NCBI RefSeq assembly: GCF_009834535.1
Contig: NC_045696.1
Coordinates: 83,392,001 to 83,456,000 of the forward strand
DNA length: 64,000 nucleotides
Direction of reading: 5' to 3'
Source of the DNA: Camelus ferus
Taxonomy: Eukaryota
Below are positions 1 to 13,150 of this stretch, piece by piece. Position numbers and translations under genes: made by a program. Position 1 is the first letter of the stretch, and every line of letters begins with the position of its first letter. The notes beneath the pieces are model-generated. The model ran no database searches. It saw nothing but the letters and a program-made list of their open reading frames with translations, and was not told where the DNA came from.

Positions 1-1328
1 TAGGCCCAAGAACCCCCATTTTTTTGTTGAGTACTCTGAGTGATATTAAAGGAGGTGGTCCTTCACTGGGGGACACACTGAAAAATGGAAAGTAGGGAGG
101 TGTTCATTCTTACACAGTAAAAAGCCAAAGGGATGTCAAGATGAAGGAAGAGTGAAGAGTACTGATTATTTATTCAAAAAATAAGGCAAGAAAAAGACCA
201 TGTAGAAGGGTACAAGGAGGCTGACAATCAGAAAAAGAAAATAATGCCCCAAATAATAATAACAGACTGACACGTTTGCACAGTACCCGTAACTCTGACT
301 GCCTGTGGTACAACTTCTTGATTCTCTCCTATGGCTGAATCCTGGCCCGTGAAATGAATGCACCAGTTTATACTTTAAGACTGGCCGAGTGATCTATTCC
401 AAGGATTCTGCTACTAATTATAGCTCAGAAGTTCTTGGAAAGAAAATATGACATAAGCATAAATTTACCTAAGATAAAACAAATGCACAGATGTTTCTGT
501 AGCCTGCATTTAGTGCTGCTGAGTGTGCTCCCAGCAAAGATGAATGCTCTTTAGAGTCACATAAAATATCTCGATATTATGTGTACTGTACACTCAGTGC
601 AGGTCGCCTAAATGGGTTTAGGTTGCTCAACAGATATCATAAATATGCCGAATGAGAAAACTTCAATATTTACTGTGTTCTAACTTTGGCTGAACACACA
701 TAACATCAAAACAACACCCAAAACATCGTGCTTCTATAAACCGAACTCAGATGTCTTCCTCTGCAAAGTTCCAGAACATTACCCTGCCCAGGAAAGACCT
801 GAAGCAAGGCAGGGATGACGAACACCTGTTCCCGTAAAGCCTGGTGGCTGCAGTGAATCAAGTTGGACATAGGATTAATGAGTCTCTTAATCGAAGTGGT
901 AGAAACCAGGAGGTAGTGCCAAGGTAAGATTTGATAGCATTTTGGCTTCTCAGTGTTCTGGGTTTTTGACCATGCAGATATAAGATTAGAGGTTTAGACT
1001 GTCCGTCCAAATCCTAGATTTCATATTCTGCCTTTTGTGAAGGAGTGCTGGGAAGAAAAATACAGCGGTACAGAGGGATTTTGCTGTTTAATTTATCACT
1101 GCTTTCACTTTCAAAAATTCTATAATGTTCTTTTATCATCACAAACATTTTTAAAAATGAACAGAACTTTTATAATCAGAGGTAGGAATCACAGGCTGGT
1201 AACTCTTAAAAAGGCTAGCATATGAAGTGAAAAACAAATAGAGAACAAAGCACACTTTAGGTAATCTTTTTGATTTTTTTTTAAATATTGCAGTCCTCCC
1301 TACAGTGACTTTAAAGGGTCCATGACCT

Positions 1329-1680
1329 CTGCAGCAGACTGTGTTCCCAAAGACAGCTGTGCCACTGCTTTGCACCCCACACGCTCTTCTCAAGTGTGAT
1401 CCTGACACTCCACCAACAAGGGGCGGAGTCCACTCTCCTTTTGTACCTGAGTTGGCCTTACTGACTTGCGTAACAAGTAGAATGTGACAGAAGTGATGCT
1501 TTGGGATTTCTGAGGCTCGGTCAGAGAAAGCCGTGGAGCTTCTGCTGAGATCTCCTAGTATTTGCTGTTGGGAGACTCCCCCTTGGAACCCAGACGCCAG
1601 GCTCTGAGAGGGCCAAGCCCTACTAGGGGCTTGTGTAGAGGCTCTGGTTGACGGCCCCAGTCCACACCCAGCATTCACCC
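1329..1680 (+). mobile_element. MaLR solo LTR, MLT1G/MLT1H-like, 3' truncated
   Basis: tgcagcagactgtgttcccaaaga...gctcttctcaagtgtgatcctgacactcc...agaatgtgacagaagtgatgc...tctgaggctcggtc follows the recalled MLT1G/H consensus. Confidence 0.8.
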
Positions 1681-1699
1681 CTCTCCACGTTCCCCTTTC

Positions 1700-1842
1700 A
1701 CTCTATGAGCTTTTGAAAAGCTACAATATCGACTCTCATCTCCCAATTAAATAAGAATCTCACAGTGAAGGGCCCAAGTGTCAATGTTTATAAAATGATT
1801 TCCAGGTGACTGCAATCTGCAGCCAGGGTTGAAAGCCACCGA
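1700..1842. mobile_element. MER5-like hAT-Charlie MITE fragment
   Basis: Ends in ccaggtgactgcaatctgcagccagggttgaaagccac, a typical MER5 terminus. Confidence 0.7.
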
Positions 1843-2025
1843 CTAACAGCACGGTACATGCACAGAGGAAAATAAGCCTTCTTACATTGTCTGTGGGCCT
1901 TCAGACTCGAAAAGTGACGTCACATTCAAGCAGATATTAGCAAATTGTATACATAAGTTCTCCATTTCCAAACTAAATAATCTAGAAGATAGGGTTTAAG
2001 AAGCATTCCTTAAGCCAGGCATTTT

Positions 2026-2397
2026 CTTATTGTGGTATAGTTGATTTCCAATGTCGTGTTAGTTTCTAGTGTACAGTATATTAATTCAATTATACACATA
2101 CATATTTTTTCATATTCTTTATCATTATAGGTTATTGCAAGATGTTGAATATAGTTCCCTGTGCTAAACAATAGAATCTTGTTGTTTACCAATTTTACAT
2201 ATATAGTAGTTAGTGTCTGCAAATCCCAAACTCCTAACTTATCCCTCTTCCCTTCCCCCCCATAACCACAAGTTTGTTTTCTGTCTGTGAGTCTGTTCCA
2301 GTTTTGTAAATAAGTTCATCTGCGCCATTTTTTTTAGATTCCACATATAAGTGATATTATATGATACTTGTCTTTCTCTGACTTACTTCACTTAGTA
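2026..2397 (-). mobile_element. L1 3' UTR, cetartiodactyl-type, 5' truncated
   Basis: tatagttgattt...ataggttattgcaagatgttgaatatagttccctgtgcta...ttagattccacatataagtgata is an antisense L1 3' end. Degenerate TSD taagccaggcatttt (2011-2025) / taagtcatgtatttt (2398-2412). Confidence 0.9.
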
Positions 2398-2644
2398 TAA
2401 GTCATGTATTTTTGTTTGTTTGGCTTGTCCAATTAGCAAACCTAGTATATACAATATTGCAGTTATAAATATAATAGTAGAAACTCCAAAAATGGTATCA
2501 CTTCTTCCCCCAGACTGCTCTTCAGTAGATGATGTAGTGAAAGGAAATGCTTGTGAATAAATATTTGTAACATTAAGCAAAAAATACAGTCGTTGAAGTA
2601 AGTAGTTCACAGCAGAAGGAGCGGTTAACCTTCAGGAAATGTTT

Positions 2645-3211
2645 CAAGGTTCTGCATCCAGTACAGTTGCAAATGGCTTTAATGCTCTCTGGTCACCATT
2701 TTGAAATTCTTAATGATTTTATCTTTGAGTCTGTGCTTTGTACGTGAAGCTCAATGGGCCGACAGAGCATGCACCAGAAGTTTGGAACTTCAATTCACAC
2801 AGCGTCCTGCATCCTCTGAAAGGGCGCTTGCCTCTTTCTTCCAGGCCGGCCCCTGCCCCACTATGGGCCGCTGCTACTCTCTGCTTGTGGCAGGGGCAGC
2901 TGGGTTGGCCCCTGGTAGGGAGCCTGAGTGTGGGTGCAGGGAGGCAGGGCAGGCGTACCCTGACACTCAGATAGGCTGCCAGCTCCACGGTGCACTACTA
3001 AGGGGCCCACCTGGCAGGAACCTCATGCCCACCCCCAATCAGATACCTAGTGCTAGGGGCTACAGTCCCTTGGAGGTTACCTGTCCACTTGACTATGGGA
3101 AAAGGGGACCGACTCCCTCCCCTCCAGGTGGCGCTTTGGTGGTGGTGGTGGTGGTGGTGGTGGTATATTCTTTCTTTGCACTTAGCTCCACAAATCATGT
3201 AGCTGGCCCTA
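2645..3211 (+). mobile_element. MER45(B)-like hAT-Tip100 DNA transposon
   Basis: ttaatgctctctggtcaccattttgaaattcttaat near the 5' end and tttgcacttagctccacaaatcatgtagctggccct at the 3' end match recalled MER45 termini; GC-rich interior. Confidence 0.75.
3138..3164 (+). repeat. (GGT)9 microsatellite inside MER45
   Basis: Directly visible; source of the poly-Val and poly-His runs in the overlapping ORFs. Confidence 0.95.
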
Positions 3212-5004
3212 GTTATCTTTGTTTCCAAAGAAGTGATGGTTACATCAACTCTTTGTGAGAAATTACTGAAGCGCAGGCTCAGGCAAGTCTGTCTGCCGCA
3301 TTTTGTTTCAATTACGTATGTGTGATGGTTAGATAATAGCATAAAATTGGACTAATCACTCAATCACAGTTCTCAACAGAGGTGACAAAACAAAACTGAT
3401 GTGCATTAATTGGATGGCAGACAAGGGATGAGAAAGTACAAGGCAGGCAGGGGGAGAACGAGTCAAAAAGCAACTCCTCTTGCTTGGAAACCCCAATTTT
3501 TTTCAGGTGGGAATTTGACTTTTACCTTTTTGCAGGCTGGATAAAAAGAAATAATCCTCGGGCAAAGAGTAAGTAAAAAATCCAGGGTAATGGTTTTAAA
3601 AGGTCTAAAACGACCCACAAGTCATAAAAAAGAGAGAATCTTGTTATTTAAAAAGCTGTTATTAGAGTATTGGAATTTGGTATCTACTTGCTGGTTTTAA
3701 GAATATCTGTCTTACGACAAATGACCTGGTTACATAAAGATTCCCAAGATAAGCATTTATCATTATCAAAGATCAGTAAGAAGTTTGATATAATGACTAA
3801 AGTGAGATTGATCTTTGATAAGAGAGGGTGTTACATGTTTGAAATTCTTCATATGATTTACTGCAAGATGAAATTTGGTATTATAAAACTCGGATTATCT
3901 TTGGAAATGTTTCAAGAGTTTCTGCGACTTGAAGATACTTATTACAAGACAGTTTCCCTTACCAGGCCAGTGTTAAATTGAGGTTTCAGCACACCAAAAT
4001 ATTTCATTAACATCATATCACAGAAGTCTGGGAGTGGATGACTTTTTTTTTTTTTTCCAATTCTCCTGACAAGTTCCCACTTTTAAAATGGTTGCCATTT
4101 GTGGTATTAATTTGGAAAGGAAAATACAGTAGAAAAAAGTTAAGAAACATAAGTTGCATGTTTCTCAGTATCACAGCCAATAAACTGTCTCTAAAACAGA
4201 CTGGCAGACATTCTGAAGTGCTACTAAACAGGAGGCAGGGGAACATGAGAAGCCAGACAAGAATGCTGAGACACGCAGAGGAGGAGAAACCATTTATTGC
4301 CTTTCTTACTCTCTCCCTCATATGTGAACAGAAAGTGAAGAAAGGTAAATGCCTTCTGAGACACGTTTCCTAATGGGTAACAGAAAACTGTCCATCCCTA
4401 AGCAAAGAGATGGTTGCCCTTGTCTTTGATTAATTGGGTTATGAATCCTGGGAGGATAACCTGTATATTCAAGGACTGCTCAGGACTGCAGAAGAGAGGA
4501 CAGAAAGAATTTCAGAGAATAAAAGATTCTAAAAACAAAGAGACTCAAAGGTCTTCCTCTTAATCCTCATAGCAAATATCAGAATCGGAATTCGGGAAAC
4601 TGAAAGGAGCTTCCAAGGTTATCTTCTCCATCCAGGGCCACTAAGATAGCTTCCTTTGACTTGCCTAATTGCTTTCCCTAAACACCGGGACCCAGAATAA
4701 TAAAATTCTTTACAATTCCTTTACCAATGTCAATGCTTGCAATGGAAAAATTGTCACCAACTTTGTAAATAACATACGACTTCTAATTAGCTATCATGCC
4801 TCCACCTCGTTTCCAGTCTGCCTTTCTCAGAAGTGTAATGTTTGAGAACAGAGCATGGGGTTTCCAGTCAGCTCTACCTTATATTGACTGGATGGGTTTT
4901 GCACAAGGTGGTCATACTCTGTGAAACTGAAACCACTAGTGATGTAAGATATACAAGTATTTTTGTGTGCTGCTCAGAAAAATAAAACAAAACTGCCAGT
5001 TGTC

Positions 5005-5435
5005 TTCATAGACTGCATCGATAGTAAGACACAGTCCAATTTGAGAGATGTGAAAATGTGAAAAATGGATGCTATGGGCTGAATGTTTGTGTCCCCCTCA
5101 AAATTCATACTTTGTCAGCCTAATGACCAAGGTGATGGTATTAGAAGGTAGGGCTGTTGGAAGTCTCTGCCCTCACGAATGGGATGAGTGCCCTTATAAA
5201 GGGGGCCTGACCTGGCCCTTTCACCATGAGAGGACACAGGGAGAAGTCTGCAGCCTGCGAGGCAGGAGAGGGTCTTCACCAGGAACTGACTATACTGAAC
5301 CTTGATCTTGGACTTCCAGTTTCCAGAACTGTGAGAAATAAATGTTTGCTTCTTACAATCCATCTAGTCTGTGGTATTTTGTTATAGCAGTGTGAATTAA
5401 CTAAGACAACATGCATCTCAAAACTGACGATATGT
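5005..5435 (-). mobile_element. MER104/Kanga-like TcMar fragment split by an MLT1A LTR
   Basis: gtaagacacagtccaatttgagagatgtgaaaatgtgaaaaa before the LTR resumes as catgcatctcaaaactgacgatat after it. Confidence 0.5.
5070..5408 (+). mobile_element. MaLR solo LTR, MLT1A-like
   Basis: tgctatgggctgaatgtttgtgtcccc...ttccagaactgtgagaaataaatgtttg...gtattttgttatagcag...aagaca; TG...CA ends and an AATAAA. Confidence 0.9.
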
Positions 5436-7744
5436 GTTGTTAAGGTTTCTAGTTCACCACTTCCTCACCTGCAGAATGTGGCTAGAAGCTAATTTACATG
5501 ATTGAGCATTTAATGAGATGAAGCAAGGTACACAACACCTGGCTTTTCAAAACATTTCAATCAGATTTAACCAGTATTGTTATTATTTTTATTGACTCTA
5601 GTTGGACCAAATGATTTAAAGAATCTGTCCAATAGGTATTACAGGATCAATACACACTGACCACAACAAACTAGTAACAATCTTGTGAAAACTTCTGCTA
5701 GAAATCCAGTGAGCACACCTCATCTTCTTGAGAAAGGCAGAGTTGCAGAATTGTCAGGATGCAGTGTCACAACCAGAATCACCAGAAGTGCCCAGACCAC
5801 CTCTTGGCTCCCCCACAGGGTCTTCTATTTTTAAAAATGCAGCCAGCTGGGCCCCTCTCAGAGAGTAGATCTGAGATGATCATAGCCAACGGTAGTATGA
5901 CCGCAGGTCATGATTAATATTGATCCTTTCTGTCCTGTGTGGTACAATTGTTCTCTGTGCTCCTAACACAAAACCTGTCTCTTCTCACTTGTGTATCGGG
6001 TGAAAAGGGAACTTGGAGAGGGGTTGAAAGTGCATGTACTTTTATAAAAGTTCTTAAAAATTTAGACTTAGTAGTCAACTGAAATCAGCTAAGTGAATCT
6101 ATGCTACAGGTACAAAGAGAGATTCAGTGTTATTTTCCTGTGAGTGAAACACCAGAGGCTCACTGTCTTTGAAATGCACTTATAAGAGGCGTGATTGGCA
6201 TCAGCTGTAAGGACAGAGTGACCAATACAGAAATAATGAGAAGGGGAGGCCTGCAGGCAGAAACACCATGAAGAGTATGATGAGTGTGTGCATGACTGAA
6301 GATCAATATGTTCAGAAGATGATGGAATGGGTTTCAATGAGGGGAAAAAAATTGATTCAGATAGCTCGAGTGTGCGCAGAAAGACAGAGGGGGACTGACA
6401 ATCTGATACCTGCCAGCATTGACGTGAAGGACATGGCGGGAGAGACCAGGAAGGCCCCTGCTTTATACACTGGCTGCTTTTCACGACAGGGCAAAGCAGG
6501 GAGTGGGTATGAATGAATACATGTGTTCTTATTCTAGGACTTGGCATCTTCAAAACCGTTTTCAAACATGAGTCAATTCTGCTAAAATTAGCTCTAAGAG
6601 GATGATACATTTGTCTAAGGCCTCTGTCATGAGTCTACAATAATCAAGCCTTGGAAATAAAGGTTAAGCTTACCATCTTTTTAAAGCCTAAAATTCCAAA
6701 ATAATCTGTGCTGGACCCAAACTAAATCCACAGTAACATCACTATTACATTTTCCTCTTACTATCAAAGGACTCTGGGCCTTACTGTGAAGAAGAGCTAC
6801 ATGTCGAATTTCTTTACTTTGAGATCATTAGCAGGGTGAGAAATGGCTTGAAGACCTGCTTGGAAGGAAGGGCTTCTGGGTCCAAAGCTTGCAAGAGCTA
6901 TATACTCCCACTGCAGATTAGTCAAGTTCACAACTCATTTTACAAGAGGACTGCATTTCCCCCCTCAGTTTTCCTATCACACTCCCCCTAACTGCACATT
7001 ATATTTCACAACAAATTTTCTGCTAAAACAAATCACAAATTATCGAGAACCTTCTGTCTTTTTTCTTTCCCTCCATATTTGTATTTATAAGATCTAGACC
7101 TGCCAAAATGATCACATAATGAATTCTTGAGATTGCTTTTGAAAGTAATTAATTGTAATAAAGAAATCAACAACTTTTCAAAATAAATCTCTAAATACAT
7201 TATTTTAAATACCTCACAATTTTAATAACAAATTAGGCAGCATTTTACCATCTTCAGGCATGTTCTCATGATGTTGCATAGATCAACTCTAGATTTCTTC
7301 TGTAAACATTTCAGGGAAGAGCTGTTTCATTTGTGCAGAATAGAGATGTACTAGTCTCCATTGGGATGATATGAAATATTCTTCCAACAAATATACACGG
7401 TCCCTGACTCCACAGAGCTTAAAGTCTAGAGGTTCTTGTAGACAAATGCAGACACACCTTAAATACAGTATAGTTAATGTTGTGCTGGGGTGTTCTTGTG
7501 GGACAGAACATACTGAAGGGGCACCTTACCTAGAATAGTGCCTTAAGGAAGTCTTCTCAGACATATTTCTAAAGTGAGGCTTGAACTAATTGTAGAGTGA
7601 AGAATGTGAGCTTCCAAAGTACCTCTCTTGGTTTTCTGGTTTCCCAGAACATTCATTGTACCAATTCTCTCCATCTTCCTGTTACCTGAGGAAGAACTGT
7701 GTTCAAAACGTCAGCCAGCATTCCAGATTTAGCCTTTCCTAGGG

Positions 7745-8200
7745 TCTTATTCATGGTTCTTTTGGGTAAAAGTATCAGAATACCTTCAACCTAGTCAAAT
7801 TCAAGAAGGGAAAGTGTGGGAAAGATAATGGGTTCATCACAGAAATCCAGAGGAAGAGGGAAGACTTTAGAAGGCATTCAAAGCAGGGACAAGAAAGCCA
7901 GCAGGAACGTAGGTGGTGTTCAAATTTTTGCATCCCTCCCTGACTCTGCTCCCCCTTCTCTTTCTGCCTCTCTTGCCTTCTCTCCTTCCCATCTGTTGAC
8001 TGATTCTCACTGCTGTGATGTGTATGTACATAAAGCAGCATGTTCAGAACCTGAGTTTACATGTCCTCATTTCCTGTCACCCACAGAAACAGATGGCACA
8101 TTTCTCAGGCTCAGAGAAATTTCCAACAAAAGTGATTTTGATTGGCCTAGGTTGAGTCAGGTGCCCATTCCCTCTCTCTGAAAATATGTTGCTACCAATA
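7745..8200 (-). mobile_element. Old MaLR LTR, MLT1J/K-like
   Basis: gattttgattggcctaggttgagtcaggtgcccattccc plus upstream motifs resemble antisense MLT1J/K. Confidence 0.6.
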
Positions 8201-8599
8201 GGGTGAGGTCACAAAACAGAAAGGAGTTTCCTGGGCTCACCCGAAGGGTAGGACGAGCACATCTCAGAGGAGCCGTGATCTGGTAGACACAAGGTGCCGA
8301 CTGCACCTACCTCCTCAGGAACAGTGCTCCCCCTCTTCTATGGCCTTTTCTACCTTGTCAGCACTTCAAGACTAACAAACCTGGGAATTCATCTTCTCAG
8401 CCTTAAGGAGTATTCCATTCCTGCTTCAAATTCCACTGCAAACCCTTCTGAACAAGTTTTCTTTATCTTGCTCTCTCAACTTCTCTATCAGTCTAACAAT
8501 TCTCACACTACAACGAACAAACTAACAAACAAAAACCAAAAAAAACCCCTGTATTTGTTATCATGGAATTCTCTTTTACCTTACCCTAAAATGCACCCC

Positions 8600-8734
8600 C
8601 TCCTTGGGGTGTACAGGCACTGTTAGGATAAGTTTTGGTTTCCTCTGTCTTCTACTCCCTCACCTTTTCTCCACTGTCTAATATAGGCGTCTCTAAAAGC
8701 TTGGTCCTTGGCCCTATGCTCTTTTCCCTTGGGG

Positions 8735-8788
<54 letters not shown>

Positions 8789-9560
8789 AACATCTAATCC
8801 AATGGCTTTAACTATCCAAATCTATATACCTTAGCCAATGATTCCATGGTGCCACTGTCCTCCTGGTCCCTGTGCTTGAAATCTTATCATTACCTTTATC
8901 TCGTTCGCTCCTCATAGCCAGTCATTCACTAGCCCTGCTGATCCTTTCTCTGCAAAGTCTTTCAGATATTTTTTCATACACACTGAGCACCCTAGTGTAG
9001 ATTTCTCATTGTTGCACACCTAGATAACTGAAACAGTCATCTTTCTGGTCTTCAGGCTTTCATTTCTGTTATAGTAACTCTCAAAAACCTCTCTTAGCCA
9101 GTATTATATGTACCTGTTTCTTTGGCCCAAGAACCTAAAACACCAACTTATTACATCTCAAAATAAAGCCAAAGAAGAGGCTTCAAGAAAGCCTTGAAGC
9201 CGTGTATTAACTGGGCTACTGTATCTTTTAATATCTCCCCAGTCTGGTCCCTCCTACTCCAGCAAGACCAGCTCCTAGGTGTGTCCATCAATACACACCC
9301 TATTCTCCTCATAGTCTATTTCTACCTAATCATAACACCTTTGAAATTTTCTTTTGTCAATCCAGATACTTATCTTTTTTGAAGAACTACCTTGCTTCAC
9401 CCTACACTGACTATCCCCTAAGCCCCTACATAGTGTTCGTTATACTGGGTTGTTCACAGGTTGCTTTACAGACATTCTTAAATGTTTACTTCCTCAATTA
9501 GATTGAAAAACCATAAGTAAAAAGACACGATGCTCTGCATAGAGCCAGGCTAGTGATAGA
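8600..9560 (+). mobile_element. L2 LINE 3' region, degraded
   Basis: cttggtccttggccctatgctcttttcc, tccaatggctttaactatc and gcacacctagataactgaaacagtc are L2-type motifs in pyrimidine-rich sequence. Confidence 0.65.
8736..8786 (+). repeat. Perfect (AAC)17 microsatellite
   Basis: 17 uninterrupted AAC units counted by hand. Confidence 0.97.
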
Positions 9561-9722
9561 CAAGTGGTTTTAACAGGCAGACTGTAGGCCAAAATGGACC
9601 AACTAAGATGCTATGTATCTTACAGAGTCAAAAATTACAATTAGTTTCAAATATTTAAATATCCAGATATTTCACCTAAAACATGGCCTTGAAGCTTCTT
9701 TTAACAATGGAAATTCATTCCA

Positions 9723-10215
9723 TGTTAGGCAGAATAACTGCCAAACCCTACAAATATCCATGCCCTAAACCCCAGGACCTGTCAATACGTTCTATTGTAT
9801 GAAAAACAGGAATTAAGGTTCCAGATGGAATTAAGGTTGCTAATAAACTGATGTTAAAATAGATTATCTTGGATTATCCAGGTGGGCCAAACATAATCAT
9901 AAGGGTCCTTTAAATGTGGAAAAGGGAAGCAAAAGAACCAGTGTCAGAGTGAGGCCTAGTGAGAAAGGCTTGCTTGGCCATTGATGACATTGAGGATGGA
10001 AGGAGGAGAAAATCCAAGAAATGCAGGCAGCCTCTGGAAGATGGAAAAGACAAGGAAACAGACTCCCCCTAAAGCCTCCTGGAGGAACACAGCCCTGCAA
10101 CACTGCAATTTTAGCCCAGTGAGACCCATTTCAGACTCCTCACCTCTAGGACTGTAAGATAGTAAATGTGTGTTCTCTTAAGTCACCAAGTTTGTAGCAA
10201 TGAGAAACTGATACA
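9723..10215 (+). mobile_element. MaLR solo LTR, MLT1D-like
   Basis: ggaattaaggttccagatggaattaaggttgctaat...ggattatccaggtgggcc...ttttagcccagtgagaccc...actgtaagatagtaaatgtgtgtt...gaaactgataca. Confidence 0.88.
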
Positions 10216-11829
10216 TATGCACACATTAGGCCCCTGGTGCTGCACTGCAACTATGCCAGTTCCTCACGGTTATCTCCTCTTCTTCCTGTTAACATCACAA
10301 GCAGTTGACTTCATAACACCTCAAACAGCCATTCAACGACTAGATGACCCAAAGAGATATTAAGGCCTAATATTAAAGGCTAAAGGTGGTTGTAGTTTGT
10401 TTTTTATAAAAAAGGCAATGGGAAAATGTGTTCACAATTGAATAAAAATTGCAGCATACTATGCCTTCAAAATATAGTCCATAAAATTGTAAGTTTAAGA
10501 TAGGGCTGCAGCTTTATGTGATATTATTGCTAAGTAGAAATATTTTCATGGACTACAGGAGGATTTCAGTGGGGCTGGATAATTTTATTAAAGCACACTG
10601 TGGAAGCATTATATATTATAGCAAATTTCAGAGAGAATTTCCAAGGCATCGTAAACTTGAAACTGAACAAAAAGTTGAGCATCACCACAGTTATCCACAG
10701 ACAATTGAGCTAATTAAGCATGTGTTCTTCATCCTGTTATTTAAGAACATCTGATAGCAAGTGTTCTCCAAAATGAACAACTCCATATGTCGAATACTAT
10801 CCATTTCTATGTGCTTTACCAGTCTGGAAAAGATAATACAGAGTGCTCTTTTCCCAGGCCAAATTTAGATGTTTAAAGCTTTTTATGATCATAGAATTGC
10901 TCTGTTTTATAGAGTAGCCTGAAAGCCTTAGAGAACATTTTTGTGATGATTGGTAAAATGATTATTTCAGAATTATTGTGACTTAAAAACAGGTAAAAGA
11001 AAATCTAAGTTGCAATGATTTTAAAACAAAATGGACTTAAAGAAAGCCAGTAAGACTCTGCTTTTACAGGCTGAATTTAACCTTCAGGTCACTGTGACCC
11101 CAGAAGAAGCCCTCACCTCTGTGTCATGGTTGAAAGGATGTACCACCAGAGACATCACCAAGTCCAGATGCTGCCCGATCAATGAATTTTTCAGATCAAG
11201 ACTCAGATCAATCACCATTCAGACTCTTCTGAATGGTTTGAAGGCAAACTACATGTCAGAGAGAATACTGTTTTATACAACAGTTCAGAGGATGTAATTT
11301 CCTAAAACTGTTTTAGCACTGTCTTTCCCCCACAAAAATTAGTCTTGAAAAGTGAGCTATGTTTTTTTTTTCTCAACGTAAAGATTATGGAAGTCAGATA
11401 TGATGACGAAATTCCAACCTCATTTCCTTATTCAGTAGTTCAGTCTTTAATTGCCACCAACTTGTTATTCTGCTTCTGACTCTCTCCCGTAGCATCCCTG
11501 CCAATCAAGTTAACTTACTGGATATGAAGTTTCCAGGATGAAAACCCAACTCATTCTCTACCTGAAAGAATCTCTGCACTTGTGAACTTATCAAAGTCAA
11601 ATCTGAACCCAAACAAATGATAGAAATTTGAAAACTCATTGTTCCATGGCCCTTTGGTACTAAATTGAATACATTAGCCCAAGACCTGTTCTTGGAGTTC
11701 TGTGAAAGAGTAATGCTTGAGTCTCTCTCCCTGCTGTGAATTCAGTCTCTAAAATGGCTACTTTTGAAGCCATTAGCCTTTTCAATAATTAAATGTGAAT
11801 CACCAAGGGAGACTTCAAATTCAAGCACA

Positions 11830-12030
11830 GAGCTAACATTCATTGAATCACTGCTATTTGGCAAGCATTTTCTAAGCACCTTAAATACGCTTTTTATTTA
11901 ACAGCTTTAATAGGTATTTATTACTATTTTCTCCAATTTTAAGATTAGAAACCCAAGGTCCAAAGAGGTCACACAATCCAATGAGGTAAACAGAAAGCCG
12001 TTCTGACTCTCTGTTCTTTCCAACACCACC
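11830..12030 (-). mobile_element. MIR SINE
   Basis: Antisense MIR core: ctccaattttaagattagaaacccaaggtccaaagaggt. Confidence 0.7.
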
Positions 12031-12521
12031 AGCCCAATCCCTCAGACCACCCACTTTTATCCCATGTAGACAGTGCTGAGAGGATCTCAGCCAGTTCCCC
12101 AGGACAAGCTGAGGCTGTCTTTGCATGATTTTCTGTTAGCTCATGAAATATTTTATATGCTAAACATCTTGTATTACAGATATTTTAAAACATAGATTTA
12201 CACAAAATAATGCACTCTCCTTTATTACCTCTAAAGAGTTACTATCTGATTTTGTTTTCAGGATAAGCAGCGATTGTGGATTCAATTATTTTTTAAGCCT
12301 TTACTCATTGATGAGGTTTCCTCATTTCTTTCACAATTACATGTTCTGGGTCATTATATGTTTCTCCCTTAATATGGTTTTATTTGCAAAGAGGTTTCTG
12401 GAAGGTTCAGTTCTTGAGAGCAATGTAACACAGTTGGGTAATTAATTAGAAAAATGGTGGAATCAGCCTCACCTGCTTTCTAATTTCTTTTTGCTTACAA
12501 ACATGACTTCTTTGCACATAC

Positions 12522-12728
12522 TTTTTTTTTTTTTTGCTTTTTTTAATTGAAGTACAGTCCGTTTACAACATTGTGGCAATTTCTGATGTACAGCATAATA
12601 TTAGTCATACACATACATACATATATTCCTTTTCATATTCTTTTTCATTATAGGTTACTACAAAATATTGAATATAGTTCCCTGTGCTATACAGAATAAC
12701 CTTGTTGTTTATCTATTTTATATACAAC
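12522..12728 (-). mobile_element. Young L1 3' end with poly-T tail, camelid-like
   Basis: Poly-T, then ttaattgaagtacagtc...catacatatattccttttcatattc...ataggttactacaaaatattgaatatagttccctgtgctataca. Confidence 0.9.
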
Positions 12729-12864
12729 AGTATATTTTTAAAAATTATTTGTCTATAATTTCTTATAAATCTATAATTTCTTAAGTTATTAAAGGTAATA
12801 AGGAGAACAAGGAAATTTAAATCTCATCACCAAAAATTTACTGTTAATATTATAAACATATTCT

Positions 12865-12894
12865 TTTTTTAACTGAAGTATAGTCAATTTACAA
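12865..12894 (-). mobile_element. 30 bp L1 3' tail insertion with 14 bp TSD
   Basis: ttttttaactgaagtatagtcaatttacaa flanked by tataaacatattct (12851-12864) and tatacacatattct (12895-12908). Confidence 0.8.
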
Positions 12895-12909
12895 TATACA
12901 CATATTCTA

Positions 12910-13150
12910 GTGGTCTTTTTTTCCACATAAATACTTTTCTTAAAAGAAACAAAAAAAATTTGTATAGTCTTTTAATAGCTTTTTCACTTAATTTATCAAG
13001 GATAGTTTTCCATGTAATTAAATATCATTTTAGGCCATCATTTTAACGCTTACTTAGTACTCCATTGTTTGAATAGAGCCTAAGTCAGTTAACCTGCTAC
13101 TGTTGAAGACAAAGGTGGTTGCCAACTTTCTGCCGTTGTAAAGCTGAATT
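12910..13150 (-). mobile_element. Ancient L1ME-type 3' fragment
   Basis: ctttttcacttaat...ttttccatgtaattaaata...agtactccattgtttgaat...ggttgccaacttt resembles antisense L1ME 3' UTR. Confidence 0.6.

Noticed and set aside
1151..1678. 175 aa minus-strand ORF
   Set aside because: Mostly an antisense reading of an MLT1 LTR; no recognisable homology.
2701..3342. Longest ORF (185 aa, +) and the overlapping poly-His ORF (-)
   Set aside because: Both lie largely in a GC-rich MER45 remnant; the Val and His runs come from (GGT)9; no recognisable domain.
6104..6610. 168 aa (-) ORF and 82 aa (+) ORF with an accATG start
   Set aside because: No recognisable protein family, promoter or splice context; consistent with chance ORFs.
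11214..11237. Perfect 10 bp stem with a 4 nt loop (accattcaga-ctct-tctgaatggt)
   Set aside because: About one such stem is expected by chance in 64 kb; too short for a pre-miRNA.
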